Part shown: piece after piece, positions 26,630 to 37,340 of the stretch
How positions within the stretch are numbered: position 1 is the stretch's first letter
How the letters are laid out: each line of letters starts with the position of its first letter
NCBI GenBank assembly: GCA_963555985.3
Contig: OY820591.1
Location: 2,688,001 to 2,752,000, forward strand
DNA length: 64,000 bases
Reading direction: 5' to 3'
Origin: Dehalococcoidia bacterium
GTDB taxonomy: Bacteria > Chloroflexota > Dehalococcoidia > Bin125
Notes under the pieces: model-generated
Told to the model about the DNA's origin: nothing
What the model saw: the letters and a program-made list of their open reading frames with translations, nothing else
Databases searched by the model: none
Translations under genes and position numbers: made by a program

Positions 26630-27991
26630 CTACGCCCCGCTCACAGTCATCCGCGACATCCGCAGCGTCGGCGCGGACGTCGCCCCGAACCACTGCGCGT
26701 CGTTCCCAACCGCGTCAATACTCCCGAACATCTCCAACAGATTGCCCGAGATGTTGATCTCCATCACCGGCTCCGCCAGTTCGCCCTTGCGAATCCAGAT
26801 GCCCGCCGCCCCCCGCGAGAAGTCGCCGGTCGTGAAGTTGATCCCAAAGCCCATCAGCGTCGTCAGGTACAGCCCGTCTTCGACCTCGCCGATGATCTCC
26901 TCCGGCGCAGTCTCGCCCGCCTCGATCGAGAGGTTGCCGCTGCCGATCTGCGGCAGCCCGCCCACTCCGCGCCAGGCCGAGCCGGTGCTCGCCGCATCAA
27001 GCCGACGCGCGTTGTAAGAATCGAACAGGAACCCCGCAAAGACGCCATCCTCGATCAGCGGATTGCGCCGCGTCGCAATCCCCTCACCGTCGAACGGGCG
27101 CGAACCGAGCCGTCCGCCCAGCGTGCCGTCGTCAACGATCGTGAGCAGCGGCGACGCAATCGCCTCGCCCTCGCGCCCGGCGAGGAAGGTAGCCCGCCGA
27201 TACAACGCCTCGCCGCTGGCTGCGCCCGAGACGATCCCGGCCAGTCCCGCCGCCATCCGCGGCTCCCAGACCACCGGAACCTCACAGGTGCTGGCCTTCG
27301 ACGCTCCCAGTTGGCGCAGCGCGCGGGCCGCCGCCTCACGGCCAACGTCTTCGGGCGCTTCCAGACGATGCAGTTGCCGAGCGGAAGTCTGCCAACCTGC
27401 GTTACGCAGCTGACCGTCCTCCTCCTGCGCCATCACCTCAACCCACATCGAAGCAGACGTGCTCGTATACGCGCCGGCGAAGCCGTTCGAGTCGACCAGC
27501 GCGAACGTGCTCACCCGCGTGCCAAAGGCCGCGCCGCCGCTGTTGCCGATCCGCTCGTCGGCGTCAAGCGCGGCCTGCTCGCAAGCCAATGCGCGCTCGC
27601 GCCGCTCGTCGCCGTCCACGACCGGAACCGCTTCGTCGAAGAGTCCGAGCTGTGGGGCGGTACGAGCCTGCTGCTTAGGATCTGCGAGACCGGCGTAGGG
27701 ATCGGGTTCCGAAACCCGCGCGAGTTCCAGCGCTGTCTGCACCGTCTCGGAGAGCGCTGCGTCGGTCACGTCGCTAGTGGAGACGACGGCCTGGCGGCCG
27801 CCGACGATCACGCGCAATCCCACCGCGCGCGAAGTGGACTCCGAGACCTTCTCAACCTCTTGCAGACGCACGGTGGTCGAGGAATCGGTGGATGAGACCG
27901 AGACCGCGTCGGCCTGTTCGGCTCCGGCCTCCTTGGCCAGTTCGATCAAACGGCCCGCTAGCTCGAGTGGTTCGACTGCGAGGGTCATCAA
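26630..27991 (-). CDS. pmbA: PmbA/TldE
   Basis: SRPFDGEG, TTGDFSRGAAG, coupled to tldD, no HExxxH. Confidence 0.9.
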   Translation of the reverse strand: MMTLAVEPLELAGRLIELAKEAGAEQADAVSVSSTDSSTTVRLQEVEKVSESTSRAVGLRVIVGGRQAVVSTSDVTDAALSETVQTALELARVSEPDPYAGLADPKQQARTAPQLGLFDEAVPVVDGDERRERALACEQAALDADERIGNSGGAAFGTRVSTFALVDSNGFAGAYTSTSASMWVEVMAQEEDGQLRNAGWQTSARQLHRLEAPEDVGREAAARALRQLGASKASTCEVPVVWEPRMAAGLAGIVSGAASGEALYRRATFLAGREGEAIASPLLTIVDDGTLGGRLGSRPFDGEGIATRRNPLIEDGVFAGFLFDSYNARRLDAASTGSAWRGVGGLPQIGSGNLSIEAGETAPEEIIGEVEDGLYLTTLMGFGINFTTGDFSRGAAGIWIRKGELAEPVMEINISGNLLEMFGSIDAVGNDAQWFGATSAPTLRMSRMTVSGA

Positions 27992-29454
27992 GCGCTCATT
28001 CCACCGCCGGGACGCATCTGCGTGCCGCCAACCGTGATCCCCGAGACCAGTACTGTCGGAATGCCCACACCCACAGGCACCGCCTGGCCCGACTTGCCGC
28101 AGGTCCAGCGTCCGTCGCTCATCTCCAGATCGTGTCCGACGCCGGTGACCTTGCTCAGCACATCGGGGCCGTTGCCGATCAGGTTCACATCCCGAATCGG
28201 CGCGGTGATCGCCCCATCCTCAATCAGATAGCCCTCCGTCACCGAGAACACGAAATCGCCGTTGGAGATGTTGACCTGCCCGCCCGAGAAGGCCTTGCAG
28301 TAGATCCCGAACGGGACCGAGCGAATCAGGTCTTCGGGATCATCCTGGCCCGCAGTCATGTAGGTGTTAGTCATGCGCGGCATCGGCACATGGCGGAAGG
28401 ACTGCCGGCGTCCGTTGCCGGACGGAGTCACACCGAAATGCTCGGAGGAGATGCGATCCTGCATGTAGGCAGCCAGAGTTCCGCCCTCGATCAAGAGATT
28501 GCTACCCGCCGGATTGCCTTCATCATCCACATTGACCGACCCGCGCGAGCGATCCAGCGTGGCATCGTCCATCACCGTGACCAACTCCGATGCAACCGCT
28601 TGTCCGATCCGGTTGGAGTAGTTGCTGGTCTCTTTGCGATTGAAGTCAGCCTCCAGGCCGTGACCCACCGCCTCGTGCAACAGGATTCCCGAATCACCCG
28701 CAGCCAGCACGACCGGGAATGTCCCCGCCGGCGCCTCCCGCGCCGACTGTTGCAGCACGGCCTGCTGCGCGGCTTCCTCAGCCAGCGATTCGGGGCTGTG
28801 CGAGTCGAAGTAGACCATGCCCATCCGTCCGCCGCCGCCCCAGCGGGCGGTGCGGCGCTCGCCGTCGAGTTCGGAGAGGCAGGTGACGTTGAAGCGCAGC
28901 AGCGGCTGGTAGTCCGCGACCATCCGCCCGTCGCTGCGCACGATCAGGACGCGCTTCTCCTCGTCCACCATGGAGGCGTCCACGCGGGCGATGCTCGGAT
29001 GCCAGGCGCGGGCGGCAGCGTCGGCGCGGCGCAGGAGCGCCACTTTCTCGGAGAGCGGCGTGGATGTACTCGGTGTGGCGATCGCGTAGCGGTCTGCCGG
29101 ATACGACTCGGCGGTCACGTCGACCGGCTCGGTCTCGCTCGTGCCGTGCGCGATTTGCGCGGCGGTGGCGGCGGCGCGGCGCATCGCATCGAGCGACAGG
29201 TCCTCGGTGTAGGCATAGCCGACCGCGTCCCCCTCGACTACGCGAACGCCGACGCCCTGCGAGAGCGACGCTTCGGTCGAAGCGACGCGCTCGTCCTCGA
29301 AGCTGAGCGAACCGGAGCGTTTGTGCTCGAAGTAGAGTTCGGCGAACGTGCCGCCGCGAGAGAGCGCCGAACTGAGCACGGTCTCTGCGGCGGCTTCATC
29401 CACGCCCAGTTGCGCAGCGTAGAAGGCCATCACTTCGGCTGGTGTATCACTCAT
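27988..29454 (-). CDS. tldD: TldD metalloprotease
   Basis: LHEAVGHGLEADF, PMPRMTNT, CGKSGQAVPV. Confidence 0.93.
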   Translation of the reverse strand: MSDTPAEVMAFYAAQLGVDEAAAETVLSSALSRGGTFAELYFEHKRSGSLSFEDERVASTEASLSQGVGVRVVEGDAVGYAYTEDLSLDAMRRAAATAAQIAHGTSETEPVDVTAESYPADRYAIATPSTSTPLSEKVALLRRADAAARAWHPSIARVDASMVDEEKRVLIVRSDGRMVADYQPLLRFNVTCLSELDGERRTARWGGGGRMGMVYFDSHSPESLAEEAAQQAVLQQSAREAPAGTFPVVLAAGDSGILLHEAVGHGLEADFNRKETSNYSNRIGQAVASELVTVMDDATLDRSRGSVNVDDEGNPAGSNLLIEGGTLAAYMQDRISSEHFGVTPSGNGRRQSFRHVPMPRMTNTYMTAGQDDPEDLIRSVPFGIYCKAFSGGQVNISNGDFVFSVTEGYLIEDGAITAPIRDVNLIGNGPDVLSKVTGVGHDLEMSDGRWTCGKSGQAVPVGVGIPTVLVSGITVGGTQMRPGGGMSA

Positions 29455-29466
29455 CGCGCCCGCCTC

Positions 29467-30675
29467 TCAGGAATTCCCCGTACCGTTCAACGCTTCGGGC
29501 GTCGCGCCGGCGGCGCGCAGCGCCGCGATCTGTTCATCGCTATAGCCGCATTCCGAGAGGATCGCATCGGCGTCAGCGTTGAGTTCGGGCGCGCGCCCCT
29601 GGACGGCGCCCGGTGTCTTCGAGAAACGCCAGGGCAGGCCAGTGACCTGGCGTGTGCCATAGCGCTCGTCCGGAATCTCGACCAGGTAGCCGTTCTGCCA
29701 GACCTGCTCCGAGGACTGCACATCGCCGTAGTCGTTGACCGGCGCGGAGGGAATGTCGGCCTCACGCAGACGGCGCAGCCACTCGGCACGATCGGCGGTA
29801 GCGAAACCGTCTTCGAGCAATGCTTCCAGCTCGTCGCTGTGATGCAAACGCGCAGGCGCGGTGGAGAAACGCTCGTCGGTCTCCCACTCCGGGTGATCCA
29901 TCAGCTTGCAGAGCGCATGCCAGTTCTTCGCGTCCACGACGCCGATCACGAGCCAGTGCCCGTCGGAGGTCTGGTAGAAGGTGAAGGTCGGCATTCGCCG
30001 CCGGCGCATGTGCGGCATCTGGCCGCTCTTGAGAAAACCGGTCAGATACGCGGCTTGCAATGCCAACTGCGAACCCAGCAGCGACACGTCAACGTGCTGG
30101 CCCTCGCCCGAGTCGTTGCGCGCCACCAGCCCGGCCAGCATCGCCACACAGGCCTGCATCGCGCCAACCTGATCGGCGAAACCGCCCGGCAGCGTGCGCG
30201 GCTCCTCGGATTCACCGAGCGCCTGGAGCGACATTACGCCGCCGGTAGCTTGTCCGATCACGTCGTAGCCCGGCTCACCGGCCTGCGGCCCGATCGAGCC
30301 GAAGGCGGAGGCCGAGACCATCACCAGCCGGGGGTTCCGCTCCCGCAGCGTCTCGTAACCGATGCCCAGGCGCTCCATCACGCCGGGGCGGTAGTTCTCG
30401 ATCACGCCGTCTACCTGCTCGGCCATGCGCAGTACCGCCTCTTGAGCCTCTGCCTTGCGCAGGTTGAGGACAATCGAGCGTTTGCCGCGATCATGCGCTT
30501 CGAAGTAGCTCGAAAACCCGTCGCCGCCGAGGTCGGACTGACGGCCGGGATCGCCGCCCGGCGGTTCGACCTTCCAGATCTCCGCGCCGAGATCGGACAG
30601 CATCACCGTCGCCGCCGGCCCTTGCTGATAGCGGGTGAAGTCGAGAATTCGATAGCCTGCCAGCGGTCCCTGCAT
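29467..30675 (-). CDS. Family III CoA-transferase (CaiB/BaiF)
   Basis: [33 protein letters not shown]. Confidence 0.92.
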   Translation of the reverse strand: MQGPLAGYRILDFTRYQQGPAATVMLSDLGAEIWKVEPPGGDPGRQSDLGGDGFSSYFEAHDRGKRSIVLNLRKAEAQEAVLRMAEQVDGVIENYRPGVMERLGIGYETLRERNPRLVMVSASAFGSIGPQAGEPGYDVIGQATGGVMSLQALGESEEPRTLPGGFADQVGAMQACVAMLAGLVARNDSGEGQHVDVSLLGSQLALQAAYLTGFLKSGQMPHMRRRRMPTFTFYQTSDGHWLVIGVVDAKNWHALCKLMDHPEWETDERFSTAPARLHHSDELEALLEDGFATADRAEWLRRLREADIPSAPVNDYGDVQSSEQVWQNGYLVEIPDERYGTRQVTGLPWRFSKTPGAVQGRAPELNADADAILSECGYSDEQIAALRAAGATPEALNGTGNS

Positions 30676-30698
30676 CTCCGCTCCCTGCCAACGCGCGT

Positions 30699-30977
30699 TT
30701 GTCAGAGGATACCCCCGTGCCTCCGCGTCTACGCCTGAGCCGTGAAGAGTCCGCGCAACTTGGCGCGTTGCTCGCGTTCGTGGACGAACGCCGGGCGCAG
30801 TTCCCTTCCGAGGCTGACGGTCCCGAGCAGGCGGGCTGGGTCGCTCGCGTCTATGCCGACGACGCCGATTCGCTCAGCGTCAATCTGATCACGCTGCTGC
30901 TGTTTGAGCATGGGCTGCATCGGTCGGTAGCGCAGGTGTCGGAGGATCTCAGAGTCTATGCAGAGCGCAACGGATAG
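30699..30977 (+). CDS. Small hypothetical protein
   Basis: 92-aa ORF with TTG start filling the gap; no recognised motif. Confidence 0.35.
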   Translation: MSEDTPVPPRLRLSREESAQLGALLAFVDERRAQFPSEADGPEQAGWVARVYADDADSLSVNLITLLLFEHGLHRSVAQVSEDLRVYAERNG

Positions 30978-31042
30978 CCGGTGACTGCGCAGCCGTTATG
31001 CTGCGCTGAGCAGACCACTTCTTCCTGAAAGGAATCTCCGAC

Positions 31043-31435
31043 ATGGCCCTGGACGCAGCCGACACCGTGGAAATCCTGCAACTTGCCGCCCGCTACAACC
31101 ACGCGATTGACTACGGCGACCCGGAAGCCTGGGCGGGCACCTTTGCCGAGGACGGCGTCTTCAACGGCGGGCCGAGCCCGGTCAGCGGACACGAAGCGCT
31201 GGCTCAGTTCGCGGCTGGATTCGGCACCAACATGGCCGGCGCGCGGCACTGGACCAACAACCACATCGTCGACGGCGACGGCGACGAGGCCACGCACAGC
31301 TGCTACCTGAACCTGATCCAGACCAAGGACAGCGCCAACAGCGTGATCACCGGTCTCTACACCGACACGTTGAAGAAGATCGACGGTCAGTGGCGCTTCA
31401 CCAGCCGCACGGTCACACCGGACGCCGCGGGCTAA
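31043..31435 (+). CDS. SnoaL-like/NTF2 family protein
   Basis: EILQLAARYNHAID, FAEDG, RH, GLYTDTLKKIDGQWRF; AAGGA RBS. Confidence 0.88.
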   Translation: MALDAADTVEILQLAARYNHAIDYGDPEAWAGTFAEDGVFNGGPSPVSGHEALAQFAAGFGTNMAGARHWTNNHIVDGDGDEATHSCYLNLIQTKDSANSVITGLYTDTLKKIDGQWRFTSRTVTPDAAG

Positions 31436-31464
31436 CACCGCCCTCGAAGCGGCGAGACACGACA

Positions 31465-31499
31465 GCGCCCCCGCGCCGGTCAATCGGCGGCGGGGGCGC
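31465..31499. terminator. GC hairpin between convergent genes
   Basis: GCGCCCCCGCGCCG-loop-CGGCGGCGGGGGCGC; weak U tail. Confidence 0.55.
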
Positions 31500-31536
31500 G
31501 TTGCGTCAACGATGGGCGCGCAAGCGCGCCTTGGCG

Positions 31537-32736
31537 TTACTCCTCCATCATGTCCTCGCCGCCGCCAGCGGCGCCCTCGGTCTCCATCAGGTCGTCTTCG
31601 CCAGCTCCGGCTTCGGTTTCCATCAGGCCATCTTCTGTGCCTGTGGTCGTCTCGGTAGTTTCCGTCACCGTGACGCTGGTCTCGGCCGTGGAAACGCTCG
31701 TGTCCGGCACATCAACAGCAGCGTTGTAACCGACCGGGACCAGGATCTCCTGGCCTTCGTAGATCAGGTTGGGGTCGGCGATGCCGTTGAGCACCTGGAT
31801 CGCTTCGACGCTCGTGCCGTTGGCGTTGGCGATGCCGTCGAGACTGTCGCCGGCGACGATGACCATCTGCACGGTGTTGGCCCAGTTCGCCAGCTCGGCC
31901 GGCGCGCCGTCAGCGGGAGTCAGCGTCACCGCCGTCGTGAACGAGGTCGTGCTGCTGCCGCTGTCGCCGGACTCGGTTCCGGTCACAGCCGCTTCAACCG
32001 TCTCGCCGGTCATGGAGACTTCTTCGGTGAAGCCGACCGGGATCGAGAGCAGCTGACCGACGTAGAGCGATTCCGGATCGGTGATGCCGTTGAGCAACAC
32101 AATCGCCGAGACCGTGGTGTCGTACTGCTGCGCCAACAGCCAGAGGGTTTCCCCGGAGACGACTTCGATCCGCTCGATTTCGGTCCAGGCGGCGAGGCGG
32201 GCTTCCGGTGACAGGGCCGCGGTCGCCTCGGCGGTGGCGGTTGTCGTCTCCGCGGCCTCCGTCGCGGCGGCGGCCTGGGTGGTTTGGGCGGCCTCGGCGG
32301 AGGCGCTGGCCGGAGCTGCCGCAGCCGCTGATTGCTGCGTCGTCGCGGCGGCGCTGGGCGTACCGGCGGCCGGGGTGATCGTCGTGGCCGCGCTGGTTGT
32401 GGCCGCTGTGGCCGCGCTCGTTTCGGCGGGCGCGGCGACGCGGGTCACCGTGTCAGTGGGGCCGGCGTCGTTGCCGCCCGTGAGGATCAGCGCAAGCGCC
32501 GCGGCGGCGGCGGCGGGGATGATCAGGGCCAGGGCGATGACAGTCCAGGCGCGGCGTCGGCGCGAGCGCGACTCGGCGGCGGCTTCTTCGGCCTGATAGT
32601 CGGGCATGGCCGGGCCTTGCGGCTCATGCGCGCGTGCGAAGGGCGAACCTTGCTCAGCGTCTGCGGGCACGCTGATTTGCTGTTGCGGCGGGATCGGCTC
32701 GAACGGGCCGAGCGAGGCCGCTTCTTGCTGGGACAT
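31537..32736 (-). CDS. Membrane-anchored protein with Ala/Thr linker, two LysM domains and acidic tail
   Basis: RRRR+TM; VVSGETLWLLA..YVGQLLSIP; IVAGDSLDGIA..YEGQEILVP. Confidence 0.85.
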   Translation of the reverse strand: MSQQEAASLGPFEPIPPQQQISVPADAEQGSPFARAHEPQGPAMPDYQAEEAAAESRSRRRRAWTVIALALIIPAAAAAALALILTGGNDAGPTDTVTRVAAPAETSAATAATTSAATTITPAAGTPSAAATTQQSAAAAAPASASAEAAQTTQAAAATEAAETTTATAEATAALSPEARLAAWTEIERIEVVSGETLWLLAQQYDTTVSAIVLLNGITDPESLYVGQLLSIPVGFTEEVSMTGETVEAAVTGTESGDSGSSTTSFTTAVTLTPADGAPAELANWANTVQMVIVAGDSLDGIANANGTSVEAIQVLNGIADPNLIYEGQEILVPVGYNAAVDVPDTSVSTAETSVTVTETTETTTGTEDGLMETEAGAGEDDLMETEGAAGGGEDMMEE

Positions 32737-32783
32737 CCCGGTCTCCCAACCGAGTCACCCCACCGCCGCTGTGAGAGAGCCTG

Positions 32784-33581
32784 TTAGCGGAACTTGGGCG
32801 GCCGCTTTTCCAAGAAGGCCGCAATCGCTTCCGCGTGCTCCGGTGTCTGCATCGCCCACTCTAGAGCCTCTCCCTCGCGCTGTTGCACGAGGCGGATGTT
32901 CTCTTCGAGCTGATTTTGCGAAAATAGGGATTTCACGCGCTGCATCGTCGCGCTCGGATTTTCGGCCAGTTCAGTACCCAGCGCGACGGCGCGATCGAGC
33001 AGTTCGTCGTCGGGCGCGACATCGCGCACCAAGCCCGCTTCGAGCGCCTCTTGGGCGCCGACGAAGCGTCCGGTCAGGCACCAGTCGAGCGAGCGGCCAA
33101 CGCCGATCAGGCGGGGGAGGAGGGTCGTGCTGGCGGCTTCGGGCAGGAGTCCCATCTTGACGAAGCGGAAGCCGAACTGCGCGCTCTCCCCGGCGATGCG
33201 GAAGTCGAAGGGGAGGACGGTGGTAACGCCGACGCCGACGGCGTAGCCGTGGACAGCGGCGATCATGGGCTTGCTGTTGACGCAGAAATCGACCCAGGTT
33301 TCATCGTGGTCGTCGGCGCGGCTGGATTCTCCGGCGCGGCGGCTGGCTTCGCCGGTCTTGACCTCCGCCTGTTGTTGCTGCAAGTCGAGTCCGGCGCAGT
33401 AGGCGCGGCCGGCGCCGCAGAAGACGATGGCGGCGATGTCGGAGTTGGCGTTGAAGGCCTCAACCGCGTGGCGCTCCTCGGCCGCCATCGCACGGCTCCA
33501 GGCGTTCAGCTTTTCCGGGCGATTCTTGCGCACGATGCCGACTGCGCCGCGCTGTTCGACCTCGATCAGTTGATACCCCAT
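32784..33581 (-). CDS. Enoyl-CoA hydratase/isomerase
   Basis: NRPEKLNA, CAGLDL, KPMIAAVHGYAVG, GLLPEAA, AFLEKRPPKF. Confidence 0.92.
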   Translation of the reverse strand: MGYQLIEVEQRGAVGIVRKNRPEKLNAWSRAMAAEERHAVEAFNANSDIAAIVFCGAGRAYCAGLDLQQQQAEVKTGEASRRAGESSRADDHDETWVDFCVNSKPMIAAVHGYAVGVGVTTVLPFDFRIAGESAQFGFRFVKMGLLPEAASTTLLPRLIGVGRSLDWCLTGRFVGAQEALEAGLVRDVAPDDELLDRAVALGTELAENPSATMQRVKSLFSQNQLEENIRLVQQREGEALEWAMQTPEHAEAIAAFLEKRPPKFR

Positions 33582-33731
33582 CCGGGCGGCTCCCTTCGTC
33601 GCGCTCCGTTATGCAGCTTCCAAGCGCGCGCTGACACGTTTTACCGATTCTGGTGTGAAGTTACCACCAGTCTTCCACAAGCTCAGTCTGCGCGGATACG
33701 GGCGCGACCTAGAGTGGCTTGGAGACGCCTT

Positions 33732-35747
33732 ATGCCGAGCAACCGCCGCCGCTCTCGCCGTTTCTGCGCACGACGTCTTGCGGCGTCCTGCGCCGCCGCG
33801 CTGATCGCAGCCGGTCTCGCGCTGACGCTCGCCGCTCCCGCCTCCGCCGACATCGGCTACACGATCCGGTCGGGGGACACGCTCTCGGAGATCGCCGAGG
33901 AGCACGGCACGACGGTTGCGGTCTTGCAAGCGCTCAACGGGATCAGTTCTCCCAACCACATCCAGGTTGGTCAGCAGATCCGGATTCCGGATTCCTCGAG
34001 CCAAGCGAGCAACGATCAATCCAGTCCGGCCATGCACGCCGGCATCACGACGACGCAGCCAGGGAAACTTCAATACACGGTGCAGGCAGGCGACACCGCC
34101 TACGGCATCGCTGACAAACTGGGCATCGACCTCCAGGACATCCGCGCGCTCAACTCTGGCGTGAACCTGAATGAGCTCGTGATCGGACAGACGATTGTCG
34201 TTCCCGCTCCCAGTGGCACTCACGGCAGCGCAGCCGTTGCCCAGCCAGCCCCCGCTCCAGCTGATTCGCCGAGTTCCGAGACGATCAGATACACCGTCGT
34301 CACGGGCGATAACGCCTCGCTGATCGCGGAGAAGCACGGGATCACGCTGGAGGCGCTGCGGGCGCATAACCCCGGCGTCAATCTCGATACGGTGTACAAA
34401 CGCCAGCTCATCCTGGTTCCGGCTCCCATCGGTTCGCCTGTGAGCGGGGAGCGGACTGCGGTCGCACCGGCGCCTGCGATCCACACCGCTTCCTACACCG
34501 TGCAACCCGGCGATAACGCCTCCTCGATTGCCGAAGCGCACGGGATCACGCTGGAGGAGTTGCGCAAACACAATCCGCGCATTGATCTCGATACGGTCTA
34601 CGTGCGCCAGATCATCCAAGTGCCGGTACCCGCATACCACGTGCCCGCGCTCGCTCCTGCGGAGGCGGGCGGGCTGATCAGCGCCGACTATGTGGTGCGG
34701 AGCGGCGACACCGCCTCCGGGATCGCCGATCTCTACGGGATCAGTCTGCAAGCGCTGCGCAATCTCAACCCGCTCACGAATCTCAACGCGATCTACATCG
34801 GACAGACGATCAAGGTGCCCTGGAGCGGCGGCAGCGCCTATGCGCCCGGGACGGCGCCGGCGGTCACGGCCCGCTACCGCACGCATACGGTCGAAGCGGG
34901 CCAAACTTTCCTCGGCATTGCCAACGCCTACGGACTGACGCTCGACGAGTTGCGCGGATTCAACGCCGGACGCGGCACGGACCTGATCGTGATCGGAGAA
35001 CGGCTGAAGCTCGGCGGCGAGCTTGCGGCGCCTGCGGTGGCTGAGGATGTGGTGGTCGAAGCGGCTGATCTGGTGCAGTATGTGGCTGCCACCTACGGGG
35101 TGACGCCGCACACGCTGCTGAGCAATAACGCCTGGCTGAGCGCGGACGAGTGGGTGCATGTGGGCGCGGTGCTGCGGATTCCGTTCCGCGAGGGTCTGCT
35201 GGTGACGGTGCAGGCGGGGGACACGCTGCGGGGGATCGCCGCTGCGCACGGGGTCGACATGGACGCCATCCTCGCCGACACGGGTTTGGGGGTGGACGAC
35301 CCGAACATGATCGTGATCGGCCAAGAGATCATCATGCCGCTGGTGATGCCCGACTTTGTCTGGCCGACGCACTCGCTGCTGGAGCTGACCGATCCGTTCG
35401 GTCTCTGCCGCAACTGGGACTGCTCCTACCGGCATCGCGGGCTGGACATGGCGATCGACGCCTGGGAGCCGATTCTGGCCTCCGCGGACGGGCTGGTGGT
35501 GTTTGTCGGGGGCGACCCGGGTTGGGGTCTGGGCTTGTACATCGAGATTGAGCATCCGAACGGCTGGCGAACGGTCTACGCGCACCTGAGCGACTTCGCG
35601 GTGTATCAAGGCCAGCTGGTGAAGCAGGGCGAGCTGATCGGCTACAACGGCACGACCGGAGAGAGCACGGGACCGCATCTGCACTTCGAGGTGCATCACA
35701 ACGACTGGTATGTGGATCCGGCGGTGGTGTTGCCGGCTTTGGGGTAA
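33732..35747 (+). CDS. Secreted M23 peptidase with 8 LysM domains
   Basis: Signal peptide ending ASA; 8 LysM units; HRGLD, YAHL, TGPHLHFEV; GGAG RBS. Confidence 0.9.
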   Translation: MPSNRRRSRRFCARRLAASCAAALIAAGLALTLAAPASADIGYTIRSGDTLSEIAEEHGTTVAVLQALNGISSPNHIQVGQQIRIPDSSSQASNDQSSPAMHAGITTTQPGKLQYTVQAGDTAYGIADKLGIDLQDIRALNSGVNLNELVIGQTIVVPAPSGTHGSAAVAQPAPAPADSPSSETIRYTVVTGDNASLIAEKHGITLEALRAHNPGVNLDTVYKRQLILVPAPIGSPVSGERTAVAPAPAIHTASYTVQPGDNASSIAEAHGITLEELRKHNPRIDLDTVYVRQIIQVPVPAYHVPALAPAEAGGLISADYVVRSGDTASGIADLYGISLQALRNLNPLTNLNAIYIGQTIKVPWSGGSAYAPGTAPAVTARYRTHTVEAGQTFLGIANAYGLTLDELRGFNAGRGTDLIVIGERLKLGGELAAPAVAEDVVVEAADLVQYVAATYGVTPHTLLSNNAWLSADEWVHVGAVLRIPFREGLLVTVQAGDTLRGIAAAHGVDMDAILADTGLGVDDPNMIVIGQEIIMPLVMPDFVWPTHSLLELTDPFGLCRNWDCSYRHRGLDMAIDAWEPILASADGLVVFVGGDPGWGLGLYIEIEHPNGWRTVYAHLSDFAVYQGQLVKQGELIGYNGTTGESTGPHLHFEVHHNDWYVDPAVVLPALG

Positions 35748-35749
35748 TT

Positions 35750-35981
35750 CTGGACGGATCGGGCGAATTTGCCGCTGTGGGCGGGGAATTGGGCGGTAGG
35801 TAGTCCGGAAAAGTCCAGATTCGTCCAGATCTGTCTGGATTTTTGGATACTGGGAACAGAAATTGTGGGTGTGATTCCGGGTTTGTCCAGGGGTGTCCAG
35901 GTGAGTGCTGAGGGTCATGGCGGGTTCCGTTTGTTGAGGCGGGATGGTTCGGTGCGGGCAACTATATGCGTACGAGAGTTC
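35750..35981 (-). repeat. Diverged family C element with LexA-like box
   Basis: rc GAACtctcGTAC (35970-35981) then TATAGT; TCCAGATCTG and TGGACAAACC units shared with the 52400 copy. Confidence 0.55.
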
Positions 35982-36057
35982 TGTGGCGGATCCGGATTTG
36001 GCGAGGTGTTGCGGGGGTCACAGTTTGGTCGGGGGCGGCGAGATCATGAGGGGAGGG

Positions 36058-36292
36058 TGCCCCCCCCTCTGTCACTTCGTGACATCTCCCCCCGCAATGC
36101 GGGGGGAGAGGGGAGTGAATGCCCGCCTGTGGAGAGCTTGGCGAAACTCGATATGCTCCGTCATTGCCGCGCTCCGCCGCGGCAATCTCGCCGTGTGAGC
36201 GACGATGGTGCAGATCACGGCGAGATACCCGCGGCAAGCGCGGGTATGACGATCTTTGACTTACGCGCAGGTCTCCTCAAGGGGGAGAGCGG
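36058..36292. repeat. Family A hairpin, MITE-like ends and family B hairpin
   Basis: CCCCCTCTGTCACTTCGTGACATCTCCCCCCGC; GAGAGCTTGGCGAAA; CGAGATACCCGCGGCAAGCGCGGGTATGAC. Confidence 0.75.
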
Positions 36293-36346
36293 TTGGGGGT
36301 TTGTGCGGCGTCTCTCCCCGGGAAGCGAGCCTGGCGGGAGAGTTCC

Positions 36347-37330
36347 TTAGGTCAGTTGGGATTGCAATTCGGCTCGGATTGCGCGGAGGGTCTCTGCGTC
36401 CGGGGCGCCGTAGACGGCTGCGGCGCGTTGGCGGTAGTCGTCTCGTTCTCGCCAGCCGGGGGCGGCGGCTTCGATGATTTGGTCGATTTCGACGGCGGCG
36501 GCGAGGGCGGCCCAGATTGCCGCTTCCTGGTTGCCCTGGGCGGCGAGGAGGCCGGAGGCTCGCTGGGCCGGGGCGAGAGTGCGTTCGAGGCGTGGAACGA
36601 GGACTGCGCCGACCTCGGGCAGACGGGCGTCCAAGTGCGAGCGGGCCAGCGAGTGAAAGGAACCAACCGCGACCCAGGCATCAGCCAAGTCGCGTCCTGC
36701 ACACACAAGCCCAGCAGAGACTCGCGGCCACAGTTGCGGCACTCGGACGATCCGCCCGCCTGCCCGGAGGTGGCGGGGCAGGCGGAGGAGATGCCCTACT
36801 TCTCCCATGCCTGCGGAGACAGCATAGAACATTCGTATGACGGAATCCAATGCGTGGACGCCGAGTTCTGTCTCCTGATAGTCATTCAGGGCGACGCGGG
36901 CGGCTTGCAAGGCTCTGGCGGCGCGCAAGGCGCGGCCTTCAGCGGAGTAGTAGCGATCGCGAAACGCCGCCAGCAGGGTGCGCAAGGTGGGGTCGGCCAC
37001 GCGCAGGGGATGCAAGTCCGCCAGTGTTCCCGCCAGCGGCTCGCGGTGCAGCAGTTCTTCGAGCTCGGTCAGCGCGCCGGTCGTGATCCGGTCTACGGCG
37101 ATTCCGTTCTCGTCCACGCCGCCTTCGTCGATCAGCGCGTCGGCACGGTGGCGAAAGAGCAGCACTTGCAGGACGGACGCGCCCCAGACCGTGCCGCGCG
37201 CGTAGTCTCCACCGACGGCGACGGCCCGGATCGCGTCGTCGCGGTTGCGATGCCGGGCTCCGATGCGGTCGGCGACGGTTTGCCAGTCGTCGATTCGAGC
37301 CCAGGGCGGAGGCGGTTCCCACGCGGTCAC
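36347..37330 (-). CDS. Hypothetical protein, degenerate nucleotidyltransferase-like N-terminus
   Basis: AVAVGGDYARG resembles GSxARG; 10 nt downstream of nadE. Confidence 0.55.
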   Translation of the reverse strand: MTAWEPPPPWARIDDWQTVADRIGARHRNRDDAIRAVAVGGDYARGTVWGASVLQVLLFRHRADALIDEGGVDENGIAVDRITTGALTELEELLHREPLAGTLADLHPLRVADPTLRTLLAAFRDRYYSAEGRALRAARALQAARVALNDYQETELGVHALDSVIRMFYAVSAGMGEVGHLLRLPRHLRAGGRIVRVPQLWPRVSAGLVCAGRDLADAWVAVGSFHSLARSHLDARLPEVGAVLVPRLERTLAPAQRASGLLAAQGNQEAAIWAALAAAVEIDQIIEAAAPGWRERDDYRQRAAAVYGAPDAETLRAIRAELQSQLT

Positions 37331-37340
37331 GGTGCGCCGC

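Noticed and set aside
26630-29454. tldD/pmbA as part of a RiPP cluster
   Set aside because: No precursor peptide or YcaO/modifying enzymes nearby
33051-33731. N-terminal extension of the M23 ORF
   Set aside because: Overlaps the enoyl-CoA hydratase antisense; RBS and signal peptide at 33732
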